A DNA stretch of 64,000 nucleotides from Eledone cirrhosa (lineage: Eukaryota), in NCBI GenBank assembly GCA_964016885.1, contig CAXHJY010000343.1:248001-312000 (forward strand), given 5' to 3'. Positions 25,298 through 38,249 of this stretch are shown one piece after another. The notes under the pieces are model-generated. The model was not told the origin of the DNA, ran no database searches, and saw nothing but the letters and a program-made list of their open reading frames with translations. Numbering within the stretch: the stretch's first letter is position 1; each line of letters opens with the position of its first letter. Both the position numbers and the translations under genes were made by a program.

Positions 25298-26404
25298 TAT
25301 ATATTTTATATATACATATATATATTAAAAGGTGATTGATATATAACTATAAACATATATATATATATATATATATTTCGTTTCTGAATTTGTTTAGCAA
25401 GATTCTTTATCTGAAAACGTGTGTTGAAGCCGATATTGTTATACTTTGGGAGGGTCATGTTGCCAATAAGAAACACACGCACCAGTTGTTTCACTTCAAT
25501 TTATTATAATAAATTTATAAATTTAGGAATTTATAAATTTCCGGTTGGTTGGTTCCACAACCAGATGACTGTTTATATATTGTCAAAGTTCTTTCGTCAC
25601 ACATTCTGTGACCTCTTCATATATATATATTTATATATATTTATATACACTCATAATTATGTTTATATATTTATAAATATACATTTATATATATAAAGAT
25701 ATATATTCTCTTACGTGTATACGTCTGAAAATGTATATATGTATGTAAACACATACCTAAACATACATGTATACATATAGATGGACAGTTATATATATAC
25801 AATAACTTATTTATATACATATATATACCCCAAGTAAGGCATGGTGTTGCCAACTAACCAGACCTCCCTCATAATGGACCAGCTAGATCCTAAAATACAG
25901 GCCTGCTAGCCAACACACAGTCCCAATAAGTGTAAGTTACAGCGCAGCTATCTGGACAGACTTGTCTTAAGACTACTCATTATCTACATCTTTTCTGTAC
26001 TATATATATACTGTTTATATATATATACACACACACATATAATTGTGTATTCACACATTATCATAGTAATGAAATAATTAATAATTTTAGTAAATTGTTC
26101 AACATTCTTCATTAACCCTTTTGGTAGAAACCCAGCCAAAATGGGTTCTCGTTCTATGGAAATGGTTCCTATCTAAATTAAAGTCTTCCAACGAAACTCT
26201 ATATAACAACCATATGTTAAGTTACTATGTTAGTAATTAACTAACAACTGTGAGAGATAGCTCAAAATTATTCATAATTAATTGAAATACGAGGTTCATA
26301 ATTATAATAAAATCTTCGAATAGGCTACGAAGCCGGTAATCCCTAAAGGTACGCAACACACAAATTGCTATAGCATTTCACCAGCCCCTTCCTTTCTCAA
26401 TCAT

Positions 26405-27365
26405 TACATAGATGTGTGTGTATGTAATAATTATTTTATATTGTGTGTCTGTTTATGAATATGTATGAGTAGAGATGTGTGTGTGTGTGTAACCCAATAG
26501 ATGTGTGTATGTAACTCAGTAGATGTGTGTGTGTGTAACACAGTAGATGTATGTGTATGTAACACACTAGATGTGTGTGTATAACACAGTAGATGTATGT
26601 GTATGTAACACAGTAGATGTATGTGTATGTAACACAGTAGATGTGCGTGTATGTAACACAGTAGATGTGTGTGTGTAAACCAGTAGATGTGTGTGTATGT
26701 AACACAGTAGATATGTATGTAACACAGTAGATGTGTGTATGTAACATGGTAGATATGTGTGTACATGTAACACAGTAGATGTGTGTGTGTGTAACACAGT
26801 AGATGTGTGTATGTAACACAGTAGATGTGTGTGTGTGTAACCCAGTAGATGTGTGTGTATGTAATACAGTAGATGTGTGTGTGTGTCTGTAACCCAGTAG
26901 ATGTGTGTGTGTGTGTGTGTATGTAACCCAGATGTGTGTAGGTAACACAGTAGATGTGTGTGTGTAACCCAGATGTGTGTGTATGTAACTCAGTAGATAT
27001 GTGTGTATGTAACTCAGTAGATATGTGTGTATGTAACTCAGTAGATATGTGTGTATGTAACTCAGCAGATGTGTGTGTGTGTAACACAGTAGATGTATGC
27101 GTATGTAACACACTAGATGTGTGTGTATATATAACACAGTAGATGTCTGTATGTAACACAGTAGATGTTCGTGTATGTAACAGAGTAGATGTGTAAGTAT
27201 GTAACACAGATGTGTATGTAACACAGTAGATGTGCGTGTATGTAACACAGTAGATGTGTGTATATATATAACACAGTAGATGTGTGTGTATGTAACAGTA
27301 GATGTGTGTGTATATATAACACAGTAGATGTGTGTATATGTAACACAGTAGATGTGTATGTAACT
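26405..27365. repeat. Minisatellite GTAACACAGTAGAT(GT)n, units of about 18-30 bp
   Basis: About 40 contiguous variable-length units. Confidence 0.95.
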
Positions 27366-27650
27366 AAAGTGTAACGTACGTTACGAATGGACGACTAAAT
27401 GATTTTAACTTGTTTTTTAACAATTGATGGTGGAAAAGATTTTAAATTGTCTCAACTCAGACCATAAAGGGCCGCAACACGTGCTGTCTGACACTCTTAT
27501 CGGCTACAATGCCTGGGAGTCTATTTTACCGACACCGGCTACATAGCTTCTTCCTAAAATCTTCCAACTGTTACTAATAGAATAATTAATAATTAAAAAC
27601 TTTAGTAAATTCTTCCAATGATATCTCAGTAATGAAATAATTACTAATTG

Positions 27651-28270
27651 GGTACTGTCGTGGTATTAGCTGTCAGAAAGAAAGTGACGTCATTCGTCAA
27701 CCTTCTCAATCGTTTATTTCCGTATCACCACGCGGTTATTTACGTTTATGATTTCATTTATGGGAACCAAATAACCCCGTAATTTGAGAGAGAAACGATA
27801 ATATACAATCTTATTTAACATGTGCATTAAAAACTACACTAGCTGTTACAATTGTAATTAACGTGTAAGAACTTAAACGAAAATATAGGAGGCCCTTAAA
27901 AGGGCCGGTGTTGAACTTAAATTTGTTTTCTAATTTGATAACCATGACTTGTTTCAACACCGGCCCTTTTAAGGGCCACCTATATTTTCATTTAAGTTCT
28001 TACACGTTAATTACAATTGTAACAGCTAGTGTAGTTTTTAATGCACATGTTAAATAAGATTGTATATTATCGTTTCTCTCGAAAATTACGGGGTTATTTG
28101 GTCCCCATATTATTTTTTTAATAAGTGTATCTCATCGTATGCGTATCTCTTAGAAAATCCTAAACATAAATAAAGGGAATAGTGATACGGAAATAAAGGA
28201 TTGAGAAGGTTGACGAATGACGTCACCTTCTTCTGCTTTCACTTCTGACAGCTAATATCATGACACTGCC
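27651..28270. mobile_element. Foldback palindrome, copy 3 (arms swapped relative to the loop)
   Basis: Short arm on the left and long arm on the right, loop 27916-27952 in the same orientation as copies 1 and 2. Confidence 0.85.
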
Positions 28271-28484
28271 GAAATATATGTTATAAATACCTCAAAATTC
28301 CTCATTAATTAAATCCAAGACAGGTAAAACTCTTTCAGTCGGACATAAAACAAATTAATTTCCAATGGAAGAAAAGATGTTAAAGTCAGCCAAGGGAGAT
28401 CACTCTCAGCGACTTATTGGAATTCTTGTTCGTGAATTAATCTGGAATAAGTCATTCCGGTGTATTTTGTGTGGAGGAAACCGG

Positions 28485-28720
28485 TTTTAGGTGGTGATAG
28501 CACGCCGTACATGAACGTATGGTTCCTGAGTTCGAATCCCAGATCGGGTGGTCTGTACGTTGAGGCCTTGAACAAGACACTTTATTTCTCATTGTTTTAT
28601 TTCACCCAGCTGGAAAAATAATAAGTTGTACCAGTAATTATAGGGTAAACGTTGTTACATAGAATTGTCGCACTGAATCTCCCTGAGAACAATGTCAACG
28701 GTATACGTGTCAATGAAATA
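28485..28720 (+). mobile_element. Diverged tRNA-derived CORE-type SINE
   Basis: GAGTTCGAATCCC B box then CCTTGAACAAGACACTTTATTTC. Confidence 0.55.
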
Positions 28721-28819
28721 CTCAGACACATTATAACATAAGATGGGTTCTACCCTTGTATTTCAAAGGGAAGCCATGTCATACATCTCGCTGAATCTCC
28801 CTGAGAACTACGTATATAC

Positions 28820-29116
28820 TAGTGACTATCAGACATATTGTATCTAGGACTACATTATCTAATGTACAGTACAGTAATTAGTATTAGTGGCTATCACACA
28901 TAGTGTATCTAGGACTACATTATCTAATGTACAGTATAGTGTATATCAGACATATCGTACCTAGGACTACATTATCTAATGTACAGTATAGTAGCTATCA
29001 GACATAGTGTATCTAGGATTATATTTTCTAATGTACAGTATAGTGGCTATCAGACATAGTGTATCTAGGACTACATTATCTAATGTTCAGTATAGCAGTT
29101 AGTATTTGTGGCTATC
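28820..29116. repeat. Tandem repeat of about 52-65 bp, 5 units
   Basis: GTGGCTATCAGACATAGTGTATCTAGGACTACATTATCTAATGTACAGTATA. Confidence 0.85.
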
Positions 29117-29153
29117 ATTATTATAGACTTCAAGTAAATCTTTGTCAACTTAC

Positions 29154-29352
29154 CTCCTTCAGATATAATCAATGTGTTGTGTTGTTAGTTGTTACTAAAC
29201 AACCAAAGAAATAATCTCTTTGTTATCAAATTAGAAGTTTCAATGTTATCAGCTTTATTTCACGACATTAACGTTGGTGTATCTTCTTCTTATTTAGTCA
29301 TAAATTGATATCTTGTCAGAATGAAGTAGTGAGGCTGACTTTATGTCTTTAG
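29154..29352 (-). other. Candidate non-coding exon 2 paralog
   Basis: ATCTGCAG| acceptor and GAG|GTAAGT donor. Confidence 0.5.
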
Positions 29353-29846
29353 CTGCAGATTTGTTAGGAAATATCTATATATTAGGTTGATATGTGGTCT
29401 AAAATATATATATTGTCTATAAATGACTGATAGCAGATGTTCTGGTGAAATAGTAGTTTTACTACTACAGATTGTAATGGAACTCTTAGTAGACACAATT
29501 GTAAAGTAAGAATAGATATGACAGTGTAAGACTGATGTCGGGGAATTAAAATTGTGTCTGTGTGTATATATATATATATATAATTGTTACACAAGATATA
29601 ATTAGATTCAGAAGACAGCAGGTACTCGATGTCGTTGGAAATGATTTAACTCCCTTACCGGTGTCATTAGTTAAAAGTCCCTGATATAATTTAATACACT
29701 CAGACAGTTCCAATCGTATTTAATCGATAGTAAATGAAAAGGTATCACTCAGTAAAATATCAATTATATATCGACGCAGTGTCTCTGACTGCTAGAAATA
29801 GCAGTGAAATTATCCATTACAGACTTTTCTTTCTTTAAACTCTTAC

Positions 29847-29910
29847 GTTTAGTAGATGTTTGTGTTGAGAATGTGTGTATTTGTGTATTGTATGACGGAA
29901 GTCACCATTG
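29847..29910 (-). promoter_or_regulatory. Candidate first exon/TSS with ETS-like ACTTCCG
   Basis: Minus strand GACTTCCGTCA ... CTAAAC|GTAAGA; identical at 59337-59400. Confidence 0.4.
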
Positions 29911-30432
29911 AAGATGTTAAAAGCAATGTTGTGGAAAATAGCATCGTACAACTTTGTAATTGTTTATATATAATTTATTTACAGATTACAAAGGTTATAA
30001 TAATGTCTCTTCAGAGGATAGTTAATGTTATCAATAAAAAGGTTATAAAGATTTAAAGACGTACGGTCAACTGGCTGAGGCGTTAGCCAGACCTGTAGTG
30101 ATATCTGTTGCTGCATATTGTCTATGCTTGAGGAACGAAAGCAAGAGATGTTTACCTTCACAGTGTCGAGTTGCAAGAGAGAGAGTTTCGAATCTCTCCG
30201 GAAATTTTTCCTTCTGGGCGGATGTCGAGATACATTTTCCTACGCTGGTAGCGATTGGTTGAACTGAGCCAAACAGCGCACAGAGAATGTATCCATGAGC
30301 CCTCGGAATGTAGGTCACTACAATACCCTCTATTTAGTCTGCAAGATGATATATAAGATTGAATCAGCAGGAAAATTGCTTAAGAGGGCACATCACAGAA
30401 AAAATTGAACAAAAGAATGTATATATATATAC

Positions 30433-30520
<88 letters not shown>

Positions 30521-30595
30521 ATATATATAACCCATGCTAGCGTGCAAAGTGGACGTTAAAGGATGATGATGATGATATATATATGTATATATATA

Positions 30596-33125
30596 TCATC
30601 ATCATCATCATCGTTTAACGTCCATGTTCCACGCTTGCATGGGTTTGGACGGGAGTTTTCCCACTTGAGGCAAGAGTGTTTGTCTTGTTCGCATAGGACT
30701 GTCTGGCGGATTTTCTACGGCTGGATGCCCTTCTTAACACCAACCACATTTACAGTGTAGAACTGGGAGGTTTTTACCGTGTTATCTACACGGCCACATT
30801 ACAGCGTGGACTGTGTTTTTTTGTTGTGAGACCTACACGACCTCATTTGTTTCGGCCTGGTTGTTGTGGTACCAACATAACTTTACATGGAAAGAGGTGA
30901 AGTGGATAGGGTGTGGGTATATTTTGTTAGAGGTGTCTACTGACTGTAGTAGGTTTTACTTTGTATTTAGGTAAGGCGGGTCTTCTCTATTACTGTGTAG
31001 CGCCAAAGATCTCGGTCCAGAGACATTGTCTTGGAGAGGTGTAAGTGTGTGAGGTCGGAATTTATCAAGTCGTCCCAGGTTTTTCAGGAACTGCCTACTC
31101 TGTGGCTACCGCCTATTTTTATTGCCCTGCACTTTGTTATACAGCTGTCGTCTTTCATGCGCATCACGTGACCATACCAACGTAGTCTTCTCTCGAGTAA
31201 ACAACATCTGATCCCTCTTATTCCTAATTTCTCCCTTAGTTTGTTTATGCTTTGCCGTTCACGTATATTACTATTACACATCCAGCGGAGCATGCAAGCT
31301 TCGTTCCTCTCTAGTCTGCGTATATCCTCTGCACACAATGCCCAGGTCTCACGGCCATGCAACATTTATGTTCGTATGCAGGCATCATACAGCCTACCTT
31401 TCATTTTTAAGGAGAACCCTTTAGCGGCTAATAGTGGTATAAGCTCTCTGAACTTTTTCCATCCAGTTCTGACTCTAGCTACTGTACTTTCAGAGCACCC
31501 ACCCCTACTGCTGATTTTGTCACCCAGGTAACGGAAGCTGTCCACTATTTCTATAGAACCATCTGTGCAATCGAATGAGCTAGTATTCTGTGGGCACTTG
31601 CTGCTACTTATTGCACCAGAGCACCGGCCACATATAAAATCTATGTTCTTAGTTAGCTTACTTGTGATCCCCCTACATCTTTTATGCACCCATACTTTGC
31701 ATTTGGGACATAAAATGGAGATTCTACCTACTCCTTTCCTACACACTGAGCATGGCCATTTCCCGGATAGGACCGGCGCCCTATTTTCCTTCCTACAAAC
31801 TAGAACTTTAGTCTTAGACAGGTTAATTTTAAGGCCTTTTGATTCTAGGCCATGCTTGCATGTTTGGAATTTCTTCTCTAGTTCGGCCATTGATTCAGCT
31901 ATGAGCGTTAGATCATCTGCGTATAGGAGTTCCCATGGGCAGCCGGTCTTGAACTCCACTGTTATAGCCTGAAGGGCAATAATAAATAGTAGGGGGATAA
32001 GAACGGAGCCCTGATGAACACCAACTTTTACGCTAAACTCTTCACTATATTCGTTGTTAATTCTAACCTTGCTGACTGTTTCTTTATACATGGCTTGTAT
32101 AGCTCTCACAAGCCATTCATCAACACCTAGTTTTCTAAGAGCCCACCAGATAATGGAACGGGGGACTCTGTCGAAGGCTTTCTCCAAGTCGACAAAACCT
32201 AAGTATAGGGGTTTACTTTTAGCTAGGTACTTCTCCTGTAGTTGTCGTACAATGAAAAGAGCGTCTGTGGTACTTTTGCCAGACACAAACCCGAACTGCA
32301 TTTCATCTAGATCAATTCTCTCTCTGATTAGTTGCACTATTACTTTTTCTGTGACCTTCATGACCTGGTCGATTAATTTAATGCCTCTATTGTTACTCCT
32401 ATCTAGGGCATCTCCTTTACCCTTGTAGCAGTTAATGATGATGCTGCTATGCCAGTCCTTCGGAACAACCCCATTCTGTATGACTTGGTTTACTATCCGT
32501 GTGACCATGGTGTGTCCCACCGTTCCAAGGATTTCAGCATTTCAGCAACTATTTCCGAAAGCCCAGCCGCCTTACCCGTCTTCATATCTTTGATTGCCTT
32601 ACTTATTATACTACCTTCGACTAACACTGCTGTTCCCTCTATTGGGTCGATGTGGGGGAAACTGTCTTTCTCCCATTTATTCTCCTCATTTAGTAGCCTT
32701 TCGTAGTGACACTTCCAAGCTACCTTCTTATCAGCGTCAGTGATGGCAAGTACGCCATCATCATTAAGTACACACTTCTCCCCTAAAATATCACGGTTTT
32801 CCTTGACACATTGCCTAGCAATCCTGAACACCTCACGTTTTTGGTCCTCGCGTTGTAGAACATGCTTGAACTTTCTTTCCTCTGCTTCCCTTCTTGCAAA
32901 GTACACTTATCTCCTAGCTTCCCTCCTGGCCACCAGATAGTGTTCTATACTTCCCCCATCCCACCATGCTTTCCAAGCCTGCTTTTTGGCCTTAATTGAC
33001 TCATCCCCCTTACTGTTCCACCACCATGTTACTCTCCTCCTGCCTATAGATCTGCTCCAGACACAGATTTCATCTGCTGCCATCAGCAAGTTTGCTTTCA
33101 GGAATTCCCATTGTTCCTCTATATT
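30596..33125 (-). mobile_element. 5'-truncated RTE LINE, 2.5 kb, with few lesions
   Basis: TWWWN, NNRGIKLID, QFGF, VDLEKAFDRV, GVHQGS, YADDL, PHD-like cluster, RRLRWYGHV, 3' UTR and (GAT)n tail; flanked by (TA)n. Confidence 0.95.
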
Positions 33126-33201
33126 GTACATATATATGTATATATATATATATGAATATAGATGTATATATATATGTATGTATATATGATATATATATGT
33201 A

Positions 33202-34061
33202 CATGTGTGGACGATATTTGGTCGCAATTTTCAACTGCTAATTTTATGCCAATTTTTTTTACTCCATTGTCACTGTTGTCCTCATAAAAACAGTGACTAT
33301 ATTTCCATTATTTATTTTCAGAATAATCGATTATGAATAATTTTGAACCTCCAAATTTGTGGCAGAGACACGGAGTTCTTCTTGGAATCTGCGCCGGGAG
33401 GACAAATAAGACCAGAAGTTAACTCCCAGAACAACATGTGGCTCGCTGTCTCATCCAAAGACGTGCCCAGAGTCATACAGATAAAGTTTCCACCGACAAC
33501 AGTGGTCTTAGGTGTCGTCATGCCACCTGACTGCTTCCCTGAGGGTATCAAGCTGAACACCGATGGCTACATTCGCGTTCTGAGCGAGGTAGTAAAGCCC
33601 TTGATGGACCAGGTAGCTGCAGGTAGGCCGTACGTGTGGCAGCAAGACTCAGCGCCCTGCCATACCAGCCGAATGATCCAAGCCTATCTGACAGAGAACT
33701 TCGTTGACCTTACCTCCCCTGACATCTGGCCGCCCAGCTAGCCTGACTGCAATCCTCTCGACTTCTTTGTGTGGGGCGCAGTGAAACAAGACACCAACAG
33801 ATCTAGCTGCAATACGAAAGACGATCTGAAGGCCAGGATCACAAGTGCCTTTAGGGGCCTAAGTCAGGGGACAGTGACGAAGGCCTGTAGGCGGTTTCGA
33901 AGCCGTCATAAAAGCCAATGGCAGGTTTATCAAGTGAGATTGAAAGAACAAGTCATGAAGACAAACTGACCCAAGTTTGATAAATAAATCTTAAAAAACA
34001 AAACTACTGTGTTATTATTTCCTAGACAGTAATCTTGCGAATAATTATCGTCCGCACCCTG
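33202..34061 (+). mobile_element. Internally deleted DD37D (maT) transposon, second family
   Basis: Imperfect TIRs CA(GG)GTGTGGACGATA / TATCGTCCGCACCCTG with TA; WQQDSAPCH-37 aa-DFFVWG. Confidence 0.88.
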
Positions 34062-34091
34062 TATGTATACATATATAATATATGATATATA

Positions 34092-34121
<30 letters not shown>

Positions 34122-34122
<1 letters not shown>

Positions 34123-35532
34123 AAAAGGGGATGATCCGGAGAGGAGCAATTATAGGGGTATAAAACTGATGGATCGGGTTATGAAAGTGGCAGAAAGGAT
34201 ATTAACACAACTAATTAGAGAAAGGGTCAAACTAGATGAGATGCAGTTTGGTTTTGTGCCTGGGAAGAGAACAACAGATGCCCTCTTCTTGGTGAAACAA
34301 TTGCAAGAGAGGTTCTGAGAGAAGAATAAGTCACTATACTTAGCCTTTGTTGACCTAGAGAAGGCCTTTGATAGGGTTCCCCGATCTGTCATCTGGAGGT
34401 CCCTAAGGAAACTAGGTTTTGAGGAATGGCTTGTGAGGACAGTGCAAACTATGTACAGAGGAACTCTCAGTAAAGTCAGGGTAGGAATGGAGTTTAGTGA
34501 GGAATTCCAGATACAAGTAAGAGTACATCAAGGTTCGGTCCTCAGCCTGCTCTTGTTCATTATAGGCCGCCAAGCCATAACAGAGGAGTTTAAGACTGGC
34601 TGTGCATGGGAACTTCTCTATGCTGACGATCTGGTTCTTATAGCAGAATCAGTAGAGGAGCTAGAGAATAAATTCTGGCTATGGAAACAGCAGTTGGAAG
34701 CAAGAGGACAGAGGGTGAACCTAGCTAAGACAAAAGTGTTGATGAGTAGAAAAGAGGACAAAACTCTGATTCCCTCAAGGAAATGGCCATATTCGATATG
34801 CAGAAAAGGAACTGGCATAAATTCTATAAAATGCACACAATGCAGATGTTGGGTACACAAGAGATGTAGTGGGATAGCAGGCAAACTAACAGGTAGGGAG
34901 AAATACGTATGCAGTAGATGTACAGGGAAATTAGACAGTAGAAGTCGCATTGATAGACACATTTTTCAAATGCAGGAGGGCGCTATAGAAGTGGTGGATA
35001 GCTTCCGGTACCTCGGAGATCAGATTAGCATGGGAGGAGGGTGTTCCGAGGCCATAGTATCTAGAATAAGGACGGGTTGGAAGAAGTTTAGGGAGCTGCT
35101 TCCTCTGCTGGCGAAGAAGTGTTTCTTCCTGCGTACGAAAGGCCGGTTGTATGATGCTTGTGTGTTGAGCGCGATGCTGCATGCAGTGTAAATGTGCATG
35201 AACGACCCAGCATAAATGTGTTGAGAGAGAAACTGTGTCTGAGAGGGATAGAATGTAGTGTATGGGAGAGGAGACTGAGGTGGTATGGACATGTCATGCA
35301 CATGGAGGATGACCGATGGGTGAAGAAGTGCCATGAAATGCCAGTTGAGTACGTGGTAGGGGTAGACCACGAAAAACATGGGTGGAGGTGGTGAGAACAG
35401 ACCTCAGATCATTGAAGCTCACGGTGGAGATGACGAAGGACCGTGACGAGTGGAGAGATGCTGAGCTTAATAAGACCCTTCCCACCCTTGCAAGCAGGGA
35501 AAAGCGAACGTAAAATGATGATGATGATGATG
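34122..35532 (+). mobile_element. RTE LINE RT to 3' end (pseudogenic)
   Basis: NYRGIKLMD, LEKAFDRV, YADDL, PHD-like cluster, (GAT)n tail. Confidence 0.92.
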
Positions 35533-35552
35533 ATATATATATATATATATAT

Positions 35553-35765
35553 ATCATCATCATCACTGTTTTACGTCCGTTCTTCTATGCTAGCATGGGT
35601 TAGACGGGCTGTCCTGTTGTGGGCAGTGTCCGGTTGGCTGACCTTGTCTTGCTCATACGGGAACTGATTCTGCCTTGCTTTCTACAGCTGGATGCCCTTC
35701 CGAACACAAACCTTATTTACACTGAGAGATGGGTACTTTTCTTCCGTGGTGCCTTCATGTCCACT
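35553..35765 (-). mobile_element. RTE 3' UTR, tail-to-tail with the previous element
   Basis: (CAT)n-CACTGTTTTACGTCC... Confidence 0.7.
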
Positions 35766-35916
35766 TTATAGTATGGGTTGATATATATATAATATATATA
35801 TAATATATATATATATAATATATATATATATCATATAATATATATAATATATATATATCATATAATATATATAACATATATATATATATAATATAATATA
35901 TATATCTATATATATC

Positions 35917-36500
35917 TGAGAGACAGACTGAGCATCAGAGGAATCAAATGCTGTGTGCAGGAGAGTCGGTTGCGTTGGTATGGACATGTGATGCGTATGA
36001 AGGATGATAGCTGCATAAAAAGGTGCAGAGCACTAGAAGTCGATGGAAGCCGCGGAGTGGGGAGACCCAAGATGACCTGGGATGAGGTAATAAAAGCCGA
36101 CCCTACCCAATTACACCTCTCAAAGGCAATGACACACGACCGTGACCTCTGGCGTGACGCAGTAATACAGAGTACCCAACCACCCATGGGTACAAGCTGA
36201 AGCATATAGACAATATGCCCCCACACCCCCCACTGCAAGGTGGTCATGGAGGTGCCACGGCAAAAAAGCACCCAGCCCACACTGTAAAGTGGACGTGTAG
36301 GCGCCACGAAAAGCACCCAGCACTCACTGTAAATGAGGTTGGTGTTAGAAAGGGCATCCAGCTGTAGAAATCAAGCCAGACCAGTTCCTGTATGAGCAAG
36401 GAATGGTCAGCCGACCAGACACTGCCCAGAACAGGACAACCTGTCTAACCCATGCTAACGTGGAAGAACGGACGTAAAACAGTGATGAGGATGATGATGA
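35917..36500 (+). mobile_element. RTE 3' fragment
   Basis: SRLRWYGHVMRM...GRPKMTW...DRDLWR, 3' UTR and tail. Confidence 0.85.
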
Positions 36501-36692
36501 TATCTAAAATAGAGAATGCCTAAAACTGAAGAACCACCCAACCGATTGTCTTTAAACTTTAGACATGTAATATTTATAGTCCTGTGAGTGTTTTGAGGAG
36601 AAAAATTTCAAATTTTCAATGCCCTAGGGACCGCATTAGGCGATTTAGCGATCTCCAGCACATTCGGCTAGCAATATATATATAATATATAT

Positions 36693-36903
36693 GGCTTAGT
36701 GGTTAGAACATTGGGCTTGTAATTGAAAGGTTGTGAGTTCAAATCTCGGACCGGGTGATGTGTTATGTCCTTGAGCAAGACACTTTACTTCACGTTGCTC
36801 CTTCTACCTGGAGTTGTGACCAATAGATAGTATTAGCAATTGGAAAGACCAATGGAAACATTGTTTCTTCGGTCCAATTTGACGAAAGTCGATCGACTGA
36901 CGA
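36693..36903 (+). mobile_element. tRNA-derived SINE with alternative 3' tail
   Basis: A and B boxes, partial CORE, tail shared with 43503-43712. Confidence 0.75.
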
Positions 36904-37656
36904 TATATATATGTATATATATATATTATACATATATATATAATATATATATATATGTGTCACTTGCTGGATCTGCTAGAAGGACCCAGATAATATGAGA
37001 TGTTCTCCCGGCTGTATCATATACTGCAAATCTATGCAGATGTATACACATATATACACAAACACATAAAGATACACTTGTAATTATACACACATTGAAG
37101 TGGTTGATAGCTTCTGTGACTTAATTAGCAGTGGAGGATGACTGTATAACACCTGCCAATAAAATATGATGCTGCATGGTAGTGAAACAAGGGCTGTGAC
37201 AGTAGAAAAAAAGTGTAGACTGGAGAGGAATGAAGCAACCATGATACATTGGATGTGCCATTTAAGTGTGAGAGAAAGGCAGAGCTTGGACAAATTGAGG
37301 GAGAAGCTGGGTTGAAGAGGGATCTTATGAGATGTGTAAGAGAGAAGACTGGATTGGTACGGACATGTGATACACATGGATAATGACAGCTGGGTGAAGA
37401 AGTGCCAGGATATCACAGTAGAAAGAAGCCATAGTAGAGGTACACCAAGAAAGACCTGGACAGAGGCTGTGTGAACTGACTCTCACAGAGGAGATGACAA
37501 AGGAACACGACAAGTTGAAAGATGCCATGTTGAGAAGGACATGTCCAGCCCAAGGAAGCATAGAAAAACGAACATAAAAACAGTGATGATGTTGATGAAG
37601 ATGACGTACATATACACACATACATAATAAATAAATCAAATACAGATATGCACAGT

Positions 37657-37800
37657 GGAGGCACATGTCTTAGTGGTTAGAGCATTGGCCTTGCAATCGA
37701 AAGGTTGTGAGTTCAATTCTCAGACTGTGTGATGTGATGTTTCCTTGAGCAAGACACTTTATTTCACATTGCTCCAGTTTATTCAACTGAAGAAATGAGA
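37657..37800 (+). mobile_element. CORE-type SINE (duplicate at 48448-48590)
   Basis: GGAGGCACATG.CTTAGTGGTTAG, GAGTTCAATTC, CCTTGAGCAAGACACTT. Confidence 0.75.
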
Positions 37801-38249
37801 TGATAGGGACTGGGGTTCCTATCATTCCACTGCAAAGTGGTCGTGGAGGTGCCACGGCAAAAAGCACCCAGCATTCACTGTAAATGAGGTTGGTGTTAGG
37901 AAGGGCATCCAGCTGTAGAAATCAAGCCAGAATCAATTCAGTCCCACCCTTGCAAGCAGGGAAAAGCGGACACAAAATGATGATGATATGCACATACTTA
38001 TATACAAACATATACATGGACACAAATTTCTACACACATACATTCACATATAGCATATGTCAATTCTGAACAATACAGTTTAGTCAGCACAAGTCTTGGT
38101 TACAACTTCTACAAATAAAATGAAAGAAGAAGAATTTCTTAGTAAAACAGTTTTATTCAAGATATTAACAACATTGGTGGCAGTATTTTAGGTGAGTGAC
38201 ATGGTTTTTACCTTGTCTGATTGTGTTTGTGTTGCATCAAGTAACATTT

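Larger units (their letters stand above)
29120..35520 (+). repeat. Segmental duplication paralogous to about 58600-62230
   Basis: Same order of leader exon, promoter-like region, deleted maT and RTE; this copy has extra RTE sequence at 30530-33125. Confidence 0.85.

Noticed and set aside
26431-27346. Long His/Thr-rich ORFs (258-270 aa)
   Set aside because: Translation of a (GT)n-containing minisatellite that is open in several frames; no sign of a real gene
29856-30318. ORFs repeated at 59346-59823
   Set aside because: Short, no recognisable domain, similarity explained by the segmental duplication
36693-36770. tRNA genes at SINE heads
   Set aside because: A and B boxes run into CORE and tail sequence; no complete cloverleaf or terminator
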